Origin: Mycobacterium leprae TN
GTDB taxonomy: Bacteria > Actinomycetota > Actinomycetes > Mycobacteriales > Mycobacteriaceae
Assembly: GCF_000195855.1 (NCBI RefSeq)
Contig: NC_002677.1
Span: 1,680,001 to 1,712,000, forward strand
Reading direction: 5' to 3'
DNA: 32,000 bases
Below, in pieces: positions 17,964 to 28,519 of this stretch. The position numbers and the translations under genes are program-made. The notes under the pieces are model-generated. The model was not told the DNA's origin and made no database searches. It saw nothing but the letters and a program-made list of their open reading frames with translations. Numbering within the stretch: position 1 is the first letter of the stretch; each line of letters begins with the position of its first letter.

Positions 17964-19250
17964 GATGAACAGCACTCAAGAAGAGTTCGTAGAACCCCTC
18001 AGATCACTCAAGGAAAACGAGCTGCTCAAACGAGCGAAACCCTCGAGTATCTAGCTGCCCAGAACGCTGAGCCGGTGGCAATAGGAAGATGGGTTACGCC
18101 GGTATCCGGATGTGGTGGACTCACCCGACGGATTGTGGGAAGTAGTCGCTGCGAGTCGCGACGTCATGTCCGACTTCCCGGACGATCGCAGCTGGGCTTT
18201 TGGTGTAACTAATCGACGCAAATCCCGACGCTATAGGCAGTCATATACTCGCTGCGGCCAATTTTTGGCAAATGTTGCTGATTTCGACAACACGTTTTTC
18301 GGCATTGCGCCGAGCGAGACGCTGGATCTTCAGTAGTGTTTGATGCTGGAGGGATCGTGGGAAGCCGTTGAAGCACGGAAATTGACTTTACCGCCTTTCA
18401 GGGTTTAGCGGACGGGTGTGTTCACTGGTGTGTTTCCCTGGTTCCTACGGAGAGTAGGATTAAGGCGACCGGGGGATTTGGAGTGCTACCCCGACTGCAC
18501 AGTTCAAAGTTGAGTATGGCGTCCGGGGCGGGTGGCGTATGTGTTAGGTTTGGAGGGTCCGGCGGTGTCCGTGGATACGGCATATTCATCGTCGTTGGTG
18601 GGCTGTTACATTTGACGATTCAGTTGTTGCGGTCGGGGGAGTGTGATTCGGCACTAGCCGGTGAATGCCCCCGCGGCATTCATCATTGATCCATCGCGTC
18701 GCTGGCGTGACTGCACGGTTGGAAAGACACCGGGGTGGTGGAGCGGTTGGCTGATGCGCATCGATTGGGGTATCCGGTGGTGCGAGAGGCTCGGGGGTTA
18801 ATCAGATAATGGCACCTCCAACGGATTTGGTGTTACCGAATGTTTCGTCGCAGCAGCGAGTATTCGGGTGGCGTTGGCTAGTGCGGGGTTGAATGCGGTA
18901 GACGTGGATGTGGTGGAAGGGCATAGGAGATAGGCTACTACGTTGGAGTATCCACTTGAGGCGCAGGTTCTTTTAGCGCTTTCTGGGCAGGATCGGCCGT
19001 TGTGGTTTTGGGGTCGATCAAATCGAATATCGGTCACCCGTCGATGGCGGCAGCGGTGGCCGTGTTTATTAAGACGATGCAGGCGATACGGCATATGGAT
19101 ATGGTTACACAGCATGTGTGGTATCGACTGTTGAGGCCGGTGTCGGTGCTGACTGAATTTCGATCGTGGCCGGTTGAAGGTCGGCCGCGGTAGGCTGAGG
19201 TGTCGTCGTTTGGTACTAGCGGCACGAATACGCATGTGATTTTGGAACCG
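17964..19250 (+). pseudogene. pks7: Modular (type I) polyketide synthase pseudogene, ketosynthase region only (pks7-like)
   Basis: MNSTQEEFVEPLRSLKENELLKRA, RRYP.VVDSPDGLWEVVAASRDVMSDFPDDRSW, NVADFDNTFFGIAPSE, LEAQVLLALSGQDRPLW, LGSIKSNIGHPSMAAAVAVFIKTMQAIRH, VSSFGTSGTNTHVILE: KS-domain landmarks in scrambled frames with internal losses. Confidence 0.85.
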
Positions 19251-19560
19251 AACTTCCGTCACATGCAACGCAGTGAGCAAGCGTTGACAACCGCCCGTTG
19301 CATGCGTGCTTTATGCGTGGTTGAGATGCCACACAGAACGGTGACATCTCAACACACGATGTACAGATGTACAGTGTCCCCAAGGATTAAGACGGCGACA
19401 TGGGGAATACGGCCCTTCTCTCGGTCCGCGAGCCACCCCACGTATTCATTCGGTGGTGTATAGGCGATGGGTAACGTCGCTCTACAAGATGACGAAGCTA
19501 AACTAGTAACTTTACCTAGGCGGCTTGGCCGCGTTACCTCGAACGGAGCGACACAACGTA

Positions 19561-20454
19561 ATGACACGAGCGACCCGCACTGCGTTCGGCGCCTGTTGGT
19601 CACCGATAAAAGCTGCCAGCACCAAGCTAGCGAGCAGCAGTTGGCTATTGCGTCGAAGTATCATCTTAGTGTCTGTGTCTGTGGCCATAGCGATGCTGAC
19701 CGGCGCGTCAATTGCTGAGGCCGAGCCGATGCCGCCGAATAACCCGTCTGCAGCCACTCGCGATGCACTGTGGAAAATTGTGCACGACCGTTGCGAACTC
19801 GGCTATCAACATACCGGTGCTTACGCTCCTTGCACACTGGTCGATGAACAGGCCGGAACGGCTTTGTTTAAAGCAAATTATGATCCGAACCAGTACCTCT
19901 TACTCCCGCTTGCTCGTGTCACGGGCATTGAGGATCCTGCCTTGCAGGAGCTCGCGAGCCCCAACTACCTTTACAACGCTTGGGCCGCTCGAGGCTTCGT
20001 CAGTTCGCGCCTAAATAACTCACTTCCAGAGCCTGACATCTTCCTTGCAATCAATCCGAAGAACGCACGTACACAGGATCAGCTGCATATCCACATATCA
20101 TGTGTGTCACCGACGACAGCGGAGATCCTTAAGCAGGTTAATTGGGCTGAATACGTTGGCTGGAAGCCACTCCCCGTCACTTTACAAGATCACACTTACC
20201 AAGCACTAGCGGTTAACAGAAGTACGTTCGAGTCCAAGAGTCTGTTCCGGGACATCCAGACGAAGGTAACTGCTGACGGCAATACAATGGATCACGCTTC
20301 GGTTGCGGTTGCAAACATTGCACCGGACCAGTTCTTGCTGCTCGTGGCCGAGGGAACTGAAGACCAGGCTATCGCAGCCGAAGAGCTCCAGGACCACAAC
20401 TGTTCCATCGCCAAGCGGCTAACAGGACAGTTAGACATGGAGACCCGGAGGTAG
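19561..20454 (+). CDS. cdh: CDP-diacylglycerol pyrophosphatase (CDP-diacylglycerol phosphatidylhydrolase)
   Basis: 297 aa from ATG 19561, with an N-terminal hydrophobic/signal segment, then [66 protein letters not shown], typical of the Cdh family. Confidence 0.88.
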
Positions 20455-20695
20455 AGTACACGCAGTCCTCTTCACATAGCAAAAGACCATGACCTGGGGA
20501 AGAAAATCCTTCCCGCTGTTGATAAGCCAGGCCGCGAACACCACCAGAACACCACCACCTGAATCTGGTCGGCCGCGTAACATGTGCCGGGATCAGATAA
20601 GTCTTAGCCATTCGGCCGACCATGCCAAGGCATGAGGAGGTATACAGAGCGAGCGGAGCATATTGCCACACAAGCCTAATCGCGGCCAGCTTGGC

Positions 20696-21244
20696 TCAAC
20701 GCCACTTGATGCCACACCCGATCGACGGCCGCTGGTCGGAGTCTACTGGCCGTCTTGCGAGCACTGCGTCGACTGCCGCTCGGACGTCAGCCGCCGTCAC
20801 TGGGAGATTATTGTTGGGGCGGGAGTCGTCGAGCTGGCCCCGGTAGACAAGTCGACGCTCGCCATCGAAGACGAACGTATCGGGCGTACAGGACGCGGCG
20901 AAGGCGCGGGCCACAGCCTGGGTCTCGTCGTAGAGATACGGAAAGGTCCAGCCGTGGCGACGGGCCTCGGCGACCATCTGATCGGGTCCGTCCTGTGGGT
21001 AAGTGATCACGTCATTGCTGGAGATACCGACTATCGCGACGCCTTGATCGGCGAGGTCCCGCCCGAGGATGGCAAGCCCAGCAGCGACGTGCTGAACATA
21101 TGGACAGTGATTACAGATAAACGTAACGACAAGCGCCCGACCCGTGAGCTCGTCGAGGCTGATCATGGCGCCAGAGGCTGGCTCGAACAGCATGAACGAC
21201 GGAGCTGGAGTGCCGAGGGCAGGCATGGTGGACTCGATGGCCAT
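20696..21244 (-). CDS. Thioredoxin-fold / AhpC-TSA-like family protein
   Basis: 182 aa intact ORF: MPALGTPAPSFML...VVTFICNHCPYVQHVAAGLAILGRDLADQGVAIVGISSNDVITYPQDGP...FPYLYDETQAVARAFAASCTPDTFVFDGERRLVYRGQLDDSRP...RPSIGCGIKWR. It has a CNHC (CxxC) redox motif. Confidence 0.88.
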   Translation of the reverse strand: MAIESTMPALGTPAPSFMLFEPASGAMISLDELTGRALVVTFICNHCPYVQHVAAGLAILGRDLADQGVAIVGISSNDVITYPQDGPDQMVAEARRHGWTFPYLYDETQAVARAFAASCTPDTFVFDGERRLVYRGQLDDSRPNNNLPVTAADVRAAVDAVLARRPVDSDQRPSIGCGIKWR

Positions 21245-24200
21245 ACTTGGCAGGGTAGCCCCACAATCCAGGTTAGCTCCACAAGCTGGACTTCCTAGAT
21301 TCGTCGAGCGCGGCTATGAAATCCTAAACTGCGCACGCCGGAGTCCATGCTAACCAAATTGGTATCCAACTCTTCACAAATTTTTCCTAGCTCCATCTGT
21401 CATTGTCCTTTGTGTTTACGTGCTTTAAACACTTCATACCGACGACATCGTCACCGCAAAGAAAAAAAGGAAGTGCAAATGCCTTCACTTCGCTGGTTGT
21501 ACTGACTATCCTGGTTGTGGCCGGCGCTACCCTCGTGACGAGCTACTGCGATTGTGGTTGCTGACAGCACTGATGAACCCATTCGTCGGGCAGATGCACA
21601 ACCTCGACTTCTCTTGGCCTTCGGCCGACGACCCCACAAGCATCGTGATGGGGCACCAAAATCTGCGCCAATCGCATGGCTGACAAAATGTCAGACTCGA
21701 TTGCCTACGACGTACACAGTATCTTGGGCTTGAAGGCATCAAGTTCGCGGATGTGACACCCATGGTCGGTGCCGCATAATCAAACACTGCCTAGGTTGAG
21801 TTGATACTAGAACTGCCGGTCTCCAAGGCGACAGGCTTAAGCGGAACTCTACCAACGCTGATAAATTGTAGTGGCGAGTCCCCCCGGTACTAAGGAACGC
21901 GGTCTCAATCACCGGGAACACGCCACAGAATAAGTAAACCAGATTTTTACGCGTCCCACATACGACAAGGAAGTGTCATTGGGCATCACGGGTCCGTCGA
22001 AGTCTGACCTGGCTTGCAACCAGAACACCTTGTGACGTGACTCAAGCTGATAAAATCCGCCGTACGCAATGTAGAGATTAGCGAGGGGAGGAGGTGAGGT
22101 TCCGGCTTTGCTCGTCGGTTGGCCCTACTGGAAATTATCTCGTTGGTGTGCTAGATACCGCCTTGATCGGAGTGTTTTAGGTCGGTCTAGTCGTTGTCCA
22201 CAAAGGAAATGAAGTCACGACGGATCTGCAAGATTGTTGACTTGTACTTTGTGTGCATGTTCTGTTGTGGGGGTGGAGTAAAGGGTGGTGGGTCAGTGTA
22301 TTGGCGGGTCGGTGCGTCAGGTCGCAAAGGTCGGTATCGATGCCGTGGTGATGCGGGTATGAGAGTCGTTTCGAGGTCTTGGTCTCACGCTGGGGTTGTA
22401 CAGCGATTCTGTGGTAGGGCGTTGTCTTGTGGTTGATCATGGCCGCAGTGATCACATCAGTGCTGTGGTCCTTGGATAGGTGTAGCAGCTGCACGAATCC
22501 GCTACTTGTGTTCGGCCAGGGCGCCGATTTGGGGGTCTAATTTTTGCCGATGATTACATCATCCGCCCAATGCTATGAGGTTAGAGCACCACACGGTCGT
22601 GTAGTTTTCGCGGGACGTGCACTGGTGGTGGCCATACCTAGAGAATAATGGTGGTGCCCGGTTTTAGCGTGCTGTGCCCTCAGCGTGCGGAACATCCACC
22701 CAGTGCGCACATGTTGGTTGAGCTTGGACTCGATGTTGAAGTGTTTTATAGGACACCTGCATCTTTCGGGCCGGTCGGGATAGGTTTTGGGCCAACACCC
22801 CCACAATTTGTTCGGGACTGTACTTCTTGGCCAGCACACATGTCTATCTCCGTACGCAGCTGCCCACAACGCTCACCTTGCCGGCCTTTAAAGCCACTGG
22901 CCCACTGCTCACTGCATAGCTAAGCAATACAAGCTCAGTAACCCGATTGAGCGTCTTAGCCAGCATAGTTGGTGTCGAATCAGTGCAACCCCCAAAGCAA
23001 CCCGCAAACACGCGGGCCCCACCCTTGCTGGTGATCTCACGCACGATCCCCACCCCCACCCAACCCAAACGAACGGTTAACGATCGATCACATCAACTCA
23101 CCCTACCCCTACCCGGTTTTGATCATGCTCTGTACACCCAGCGGCACGCCGTAGCTTGTCATGATCATCTAAACCTGGAACGGACAAGACAAAGGCTGAC
23201 CTGATTCACCTGATGAAAGCGAAGCCTTTACTTGACATAATGTTGCTTATCGGCAAACGGCCAATGTGGATGGCATTAGACAAAAGGGGTGGCACCCCCA
23301 GTGCCTATTGACCGATCTGAGGGTGTCACAAACCCCGATGCCGGCTACTCACTCCCGAACAGACTGCTCACATCAGTTTATGTATGCGGTAAGGCTGCCG
23401 TGCAGTTCAATCACTTAATGAATTATTCGGGTGTTCGGTGCATCCTTGAGGATGTCGCTGTCGACAGGCCTTATAGCCGTTGACCGAACATTCCACCTTC
23501 CCCTAAAATTATATTTTTTGTGGTACTCTCAGAGTGGATAAGTCACTGTGACGAATCTGCTTGTAAGGCCGGGTCCAGGGAACTACTGATTCAACACGTC
23601 AAGTTGACAGTGGAACAGGCGGTTTCTGGCAAAAAACGAGTTGGGAACTAGCCGGCTGGATGTCCATACATTCGGCGCCACAATGACGTTTCGCTACTTT
23701 TGCACTGACGAGACCGTACTCAATGTGATGGTTTATGCTTCCAACGCGGGAAATTTCTCCAGTATTGGGTCCGCAGATGAATGATCGCCTGGGTGCGATC
23801 TATGGCGAGGGTGGTCGTCTGCGGTGGTACTGGAGGGCGGCTTGGTGGCGGTTGTGACGTCGGCTCCTGCGGGCATGTATGAAGTCGACGATGGCTTCTG
23901 ATCGAGGCGCCGACACGTTGAAAGATTTGCTTGGGACCGCCGAGGAGTCGTTAACGGGGCGGCCTGTGGGAACGTTGGTGGCCACCAGGCGGTCTCCTCG
24001 CTCGAATCGTCGCTACCCAATACGGAGGAACTCGCACCTCTCAAGCACGCATCGCTACCGCTTACTCGTTACTCGGCCAAATTAAATTACACCAGCTGAG
24101 AATTCTCGCCCCCCTTGGCAAGGAAACCACTTCGGCAGCTACGCACGGGATCCGACGCCACACCTCCTTGCGTTTAATGAATAATTCGCGTGTTAGGTGA

Positions 24201-24353
24201 AAGCCCGTACCGTCCACCCTGGTGAGCTGCACGGACTACAGTCGACCGCCCTTCACTCCCCTCTTTCTGGCTGGCGAGGGCTGCGTATCGCCAATAGGTC
24301 ACGATGGCAAATTGTGCTATCAGGCGTTGTTAAATAATCTCTACCGACTTCGT

Positions 24354-26045
24354 TCAGCTAGGTTGTTGGTTGAACGTGTCAGTGTAGTAGCTGGTCCCTT
24401 CGCCGGAAAGTTTTGCCCGATACATTGCGGTGTCGGCGTCGCGCAGGATCTGACCTATGTTGCGGGGGTCGTCGCCTTTGATCGCAACGACACCGATACT
24501 CGCACGAAGGTGGAGTACAGCATCGGCGACGTAGGTCGGCTCAGATAGTGCCGCGTGCATCCTGTCTACGACTTTGCTCAATTCAGTATGGGTGATCTTT
24601 CCCAGGATCAGAGCGACGAACTCGTCACCTCCGAACCTACCCACCACATCGCGTGATCGCAATCCCGCCCGCAATCGTTGCGCTGCAGTCTGCAGCACTA
24701 CGTCGCCAACGTCGTGCCCCAGCGAATCGTTGATGCCCTTGAAATTGTCCAGGTCGATGAACAGCACCGCTGTCAGCAGCTGGTCGGGGGCGCCGCAGTA
24801 ACGTTGTTCATCGATACGGGCGAGGATGGACGTGCGGTTAGGCAAGCCGGTCAGCGTGTCGTGCGCCGCTTGATGGGCCAGGTATTGGCTAGCCTGGCGC
24901 TCGGCCGTGACGTCGGTGAAGGAAATCAGCAACGTCGCGTCTTCGGGATCGACGGGATTGAGCGATCGGCTGTTGACTGACAACCAAACCCGTGTCCCGT
25001 CGCTAGGACGATCGATACCGACGATGAAGCCAGTTTTTGGGGTACCGGTCCGCAAAAACTCGCGCACAGCCCCCCGACCGTGGTCAAGCAGCCGGCCTTG
25101 GGCATCGTACATCGGAAGCGTTGCTGCCCGCCGGACGGGGTCATCGAGGGCACTTCGGTCACTGACGCCAAGAATGCGCAGGGCGGCAGGGTTCACTGAT
25201 TCGACGTAGCCGTCGCCGTCCAGGACGATGACTCCTTCCTCCAATAATGCGACGACAGTTTGGAAGCGGCGCTCGACTCGGAGCAGCGCGGTGTAATCGC
25301 TGCACACCAGCACGAAACCGTTTTCCATCACGGCCGCAGACACCCGCACGGCCAGAGCCATGCCATCCGAGGCGTACTGGGTAGTACTTAGCACCCCACC
25401 CTCGGTGATTATGGCGCCCGGATCCAGCGGCGCGCCTACAGCTTCACCGATCGGCATGCCTAGGACGTCTGATGCGGAACGACGGTAGATGGCCTCCGCG
25501 GCCGGGTTCCAGCTGGTGACCATGCCGGTCGACGTGGTGGCGATGATGGCGTCACTGACGTGGTTGACCAAAGCCGCTTGGAAGCGCAGCGTTTCTTCCG
25601 CGGCTTTCTGAGTGGTCAGGTCGCGAAAGATGACCTGGTAAGCGGGTTTTCCTTCCCATACGGTGAGCACCGATACCGCTTCGACCTCAAGCGTAGTGCC
25701 GTCGAGGCGTAGCAGCACCGCCTCCGATGGCTGAGATGCGTCGCCAACCTCGCGCAGGGGCGCGATGCGGGACATCATTGCCGGCATAGAGTCGGGGTGG
25801 ACAAACTCGATCAGCGGGTGCCCGATGATCTGCTCGGGCGACTGTGCGGCCATCCACTTGACACCAACGGGATTGAGATAGGTCACTCGGCCGCTTTCAT
25901 GCACGCAGGTCATGTTGGGGCTGTGGTCGACAAGCCGTTGGTACCGTTGGGCGACAAGATCATGATGGCGGTGTTCTTTGTCGGCAGTCGACTCAGCTGA
26001 GCACTCGCCACTGTGGACCATGACGCTACGCACCGTCTCCAACAC
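24354..26045 (-). CDS. PAS-domain-containing GGDEF diguanylate cyclase
   Basis: 563 aa from GTG. It has repeated PAS-like modules (YQRLVDHSPNMTCVHESGRVTYLNP; FQAALVNHVSDAIIATTSTGMVTSWNPAAEAIYRRS; third sensor-like region FQTVVALLEEGVIVLDGDGYVESVNPAALRILG). The GGDEF domain contains DTLTGLPNR, FIDLDNFKGINDSLGHDVGD, RSRDVVGRFGGDEFVAL. No EAL domain. Confidence 0.93.
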   Translation of the reverse strand: MLETVRSVMVHSGECSAESTADKEHRHHDLVAQRYQRLVDHSPNMTCVHESGRVTYLNPVGVKWMAAQSPEQIIGHPLIEFVHPDSMPAMMSRIAPLREVGDASQPSEAVLLRLDGTTLEVEAVSVLTVWEGKPAYQVIFRDLTTQKAAEETLRFQAALVNHVSDAIIATTSTGMVTSWNPAAEAIYRRSASDVLGMPIGEAVGAPLDPGAIITEGGVLSTTQYASDGMALAVRVSAAVMENGFVLVCSDYTALLRVERRFQTVVALLEEGVIVLDGDGYVESVNPAALRILGVSDRSALDDPVRRAATLPMYDAQGRLLDHGRGAVREFLRTGTPKTGFIVGIDRPSDGTRVWLSVNSRSLNPVDPEDATLLISFTDVTAERQASQYLAHQAAHDTLTGLPNRTSILARIDEQRYCGAPDQLLTAVLFIDLDNFKGINDSLGHDVGDVVLQTAAQRLRAGLRSRDVVGRFGGDEFVALILGKITHTELSKVVDRMHAALSEPTYVADAVLHLRASIGVVAIKGDDPRNIGQILRDADTAMYRAKLSGEGTSYYTDTFNQQPS

Positions 26046-26699
26046 TTGATTACTCTAAAAATAATTTTAAGGTATTGTTTCCTTTGACTAAGCTAAGGTA
26101 GGGCATCACAGCAGAGCAATAACCAGCCCTTGTAGACAGTTTTGTATCAGACCTGACACTGGTGTTGCTGTTCTTCTCTTCCTTAGGTGTCCTTATTGCG
26201 TGACCCGAGAGAAATGAAGAGCAAAAAGAGGGACATTGTAGCCAAGGTAGGGTGTCATTGAGCTTTCCACGAGATGGCACAAAGTAACGCGCAGGGAAAC
26301 AGGACATGCGTGAGCAGGCTGTGGCGATGACCGGGATCGGAGCAATACCTGGGTACGGCTGGGGCACCAGAGTATCTGTGGGAGGTTTTGTTGAGCGGGA
26401 AGCCACCTGCCACCCTGCTATGGCTGGCTCAGGTTAGCGATGTGATGTACAGTGATCCTGACGACGAAGCCAGCCTTGCGGCGCGCGAAGCAATCACCTA
26501 CCTATGCGTTGGAGCCCGGATGGACTCCGGCCAACAGGTGGGCGTGGTCCATGAGGTTGTCGTGTCTGAGCTCGAGGAATGGGGGAACGTCCACTGCCAG
26601 GACGGTGGACGGCGTCGAGTCCGCGACTATCTCGTTCTGATGCCGTCCAGACCGGTGTCGCTGCTGATGCAGGAATACCGAGGTCTCACCTCACATACA

Positions 26700-28000
26700 C
26701 CGTGTTGTCGGTACCGTCTATATCGAAATAAAGCCGCACAGTGAGGAAATGCTGATGATATGATGCACGGGTTCGCTGATCTACCAACGTCCCGTACTAG
26801 TGTTCCTCACCGTCGTGCAGATGTGTGGTCACCATCATACCTGTTTCAGGAAATTCACATTCGATGTTATCTGTCCTGACAGAAGCGTCAGTAGATCAGG
26901 TATTCGTAGTTGGTGACGGTGGCGTGAAAGGATGCTGTGTGCCGGCGCATCCAGAGGATGCACGCGCCGGTATCGAGGTAGACGTGCTTCCACAATGCCG
27001 CGTTAATTTTTCACGGATGCAAATGGTGTGTTTTGATTGTTTAGGACTCACCCTTGCTGTCTTGCAAGACCCCACTCGCCGATGTCAAACGCTGTACGAC
27101 GGTAGTGATCATCCCAGTGATCGCGGTACAGTACCCCCATATCGGTGAATGATATGCGGTGGGCGATCGGAACGTATTCGGCCGTGATCGTTGTACATGA
27201 CAGCATGCAGCATCATCCCCTCGCGATAGTTGAAACTGACTCGCAACAAACAGTTTTGCCATTGCGACTGATTTTTGATGATGATGATGAGCAACGGATC
27301 GTTGGGCTGCGTGATCTGCAGTGGCATCCTAGTAATCGATTCGAGCAGGAGTTTGTGATTGTCCCGAGAAAGATTATTCGGCCACTACCTCCGATGAGCT
27401 TTTGTGGTTCACCTTCCTCAAGTTCGAGCAGTTCCATCGTGTTTAAATCGATCACGCAGTGCAATTCCGTGAGATGGTGATAGGGATTGGCGTCGCCCGA
27501 CGACTTGACCCAGATGTTCGCCCAGGCGAGCCGACGGCCACGGTAAACTTCGGGGATCGTGATGTCTCTATAAGTTGACACATCCATGAGCACGCTGTCC
27601 ATGTCGGTGACACCGTATCTGTGCGATGCCGCGACCACGGCAGGATGGGTGCGCAACAGCTCACCCATCCTATGGCCACTCGTTAACCGCCGTGTTCGCC
27701 TGCACCCCGGCTATATAGTCAACGACGCGACTGGGTCATCGGACAACGAAAACAGTACTTTGAACCAGGACTTTGCATGTGCAGTTCGCATCGCTGTTGT
27801 AGCAAACGATGACCGCGAATCGATCCGATACCGGGCCGGTGTCGTCGAAAGTCGTGACCTGTACAATTTGTTTGGCTCCTCGAGTTCTATCAAGGCAAAG
27901 ACCACTTGGCCGTCTACTCCCTGGTTGAGCCGCAGAATCGTGACCGCCTACCGGAACTCATGCTCGCGAGGGGGTAACGTGGGTGAAAACATTCGGGTAA
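26700..28000 (-). pseudogene. Copper amine oxidase (primary-amine oxidase) pseudogene
   Basis: Minus-strand fragments in order: VFALIELEEPNKLYR; DMDSVLMDVSTYRDITIPEVYRGRRLAWANIWVKSSGDANPYHHLTELHCVIDLNTMELLELEEGEP; PLQITQPNDPL...NQSQWQNCLLRVSFNYREGMMLHAVMYNDHGRI; YRDHWDDHYRRTAFDIGEWGL; NAICIREK...; VTNYEYLIY*; IECEFPETGMMVTTHL...YGTLVDQRT...YFDIDGTDNTVY. Ends are approximate. Confidence 0.85.
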
Positions 28001-28519
28001 GGGTGCCGGTCATACCTCATCCTGGCAAGACCTATCAATTCCTGGTAACTAGGCATGTCTATGAGCTGCTAATAGCCTATCCCTCACGCCAACGATCCGT
28101 GTCGGAAAACACTTCGACAAAGTCGAACTGCGCCCCCTTGCCATCTAAAACCCGTTGTTATAAGGGCTTGCACCACCGCGATTCTGCGTTGCTGACACCG
28201 ACGCAGATGTCATATTTATCATTTGCTTAATCCATCTGAGACGATGCGTCGGGGGCTATACCGCTTGTCCGGATTGCTTCAGCACCGGCAACTGCGGCAC
28301 GCACTGGCAGAGTATCTACTGAGCAATCAGGCAATGGACACGCAACACTGCCACCACACCCACAAGACACGCCACAGAACGTGACCGTGCTTTACATTTG
28401 GGCGCAAGCCGGATGACGGCTCACGAGGCGGAATCAGGTTGACGACAGGCAGCGAGGTCAGTCCGTAGACGTTGACAGACGGAATGCCTCGTCGGCGACG
28501 TTGATATCGCGCAGTGCCC

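Noticed and set aside
22177-22494. Possible species-specific dispersed repeat (RLEP/REPLEP/LEPREP type)
   Set aside because: The unusual composition made me consider it, but I cannot recall repeat consensus sequences well enough to support a call. A genome self-comparison is needed.
24354-26045. Idea of a hybrid GGDEF-EAL protein
   Set aside because: The ORF ends shortly after the GGDEF domain (YYTDTFNQQPS) and no EAL-type motifs were found downstream on the minus strand.
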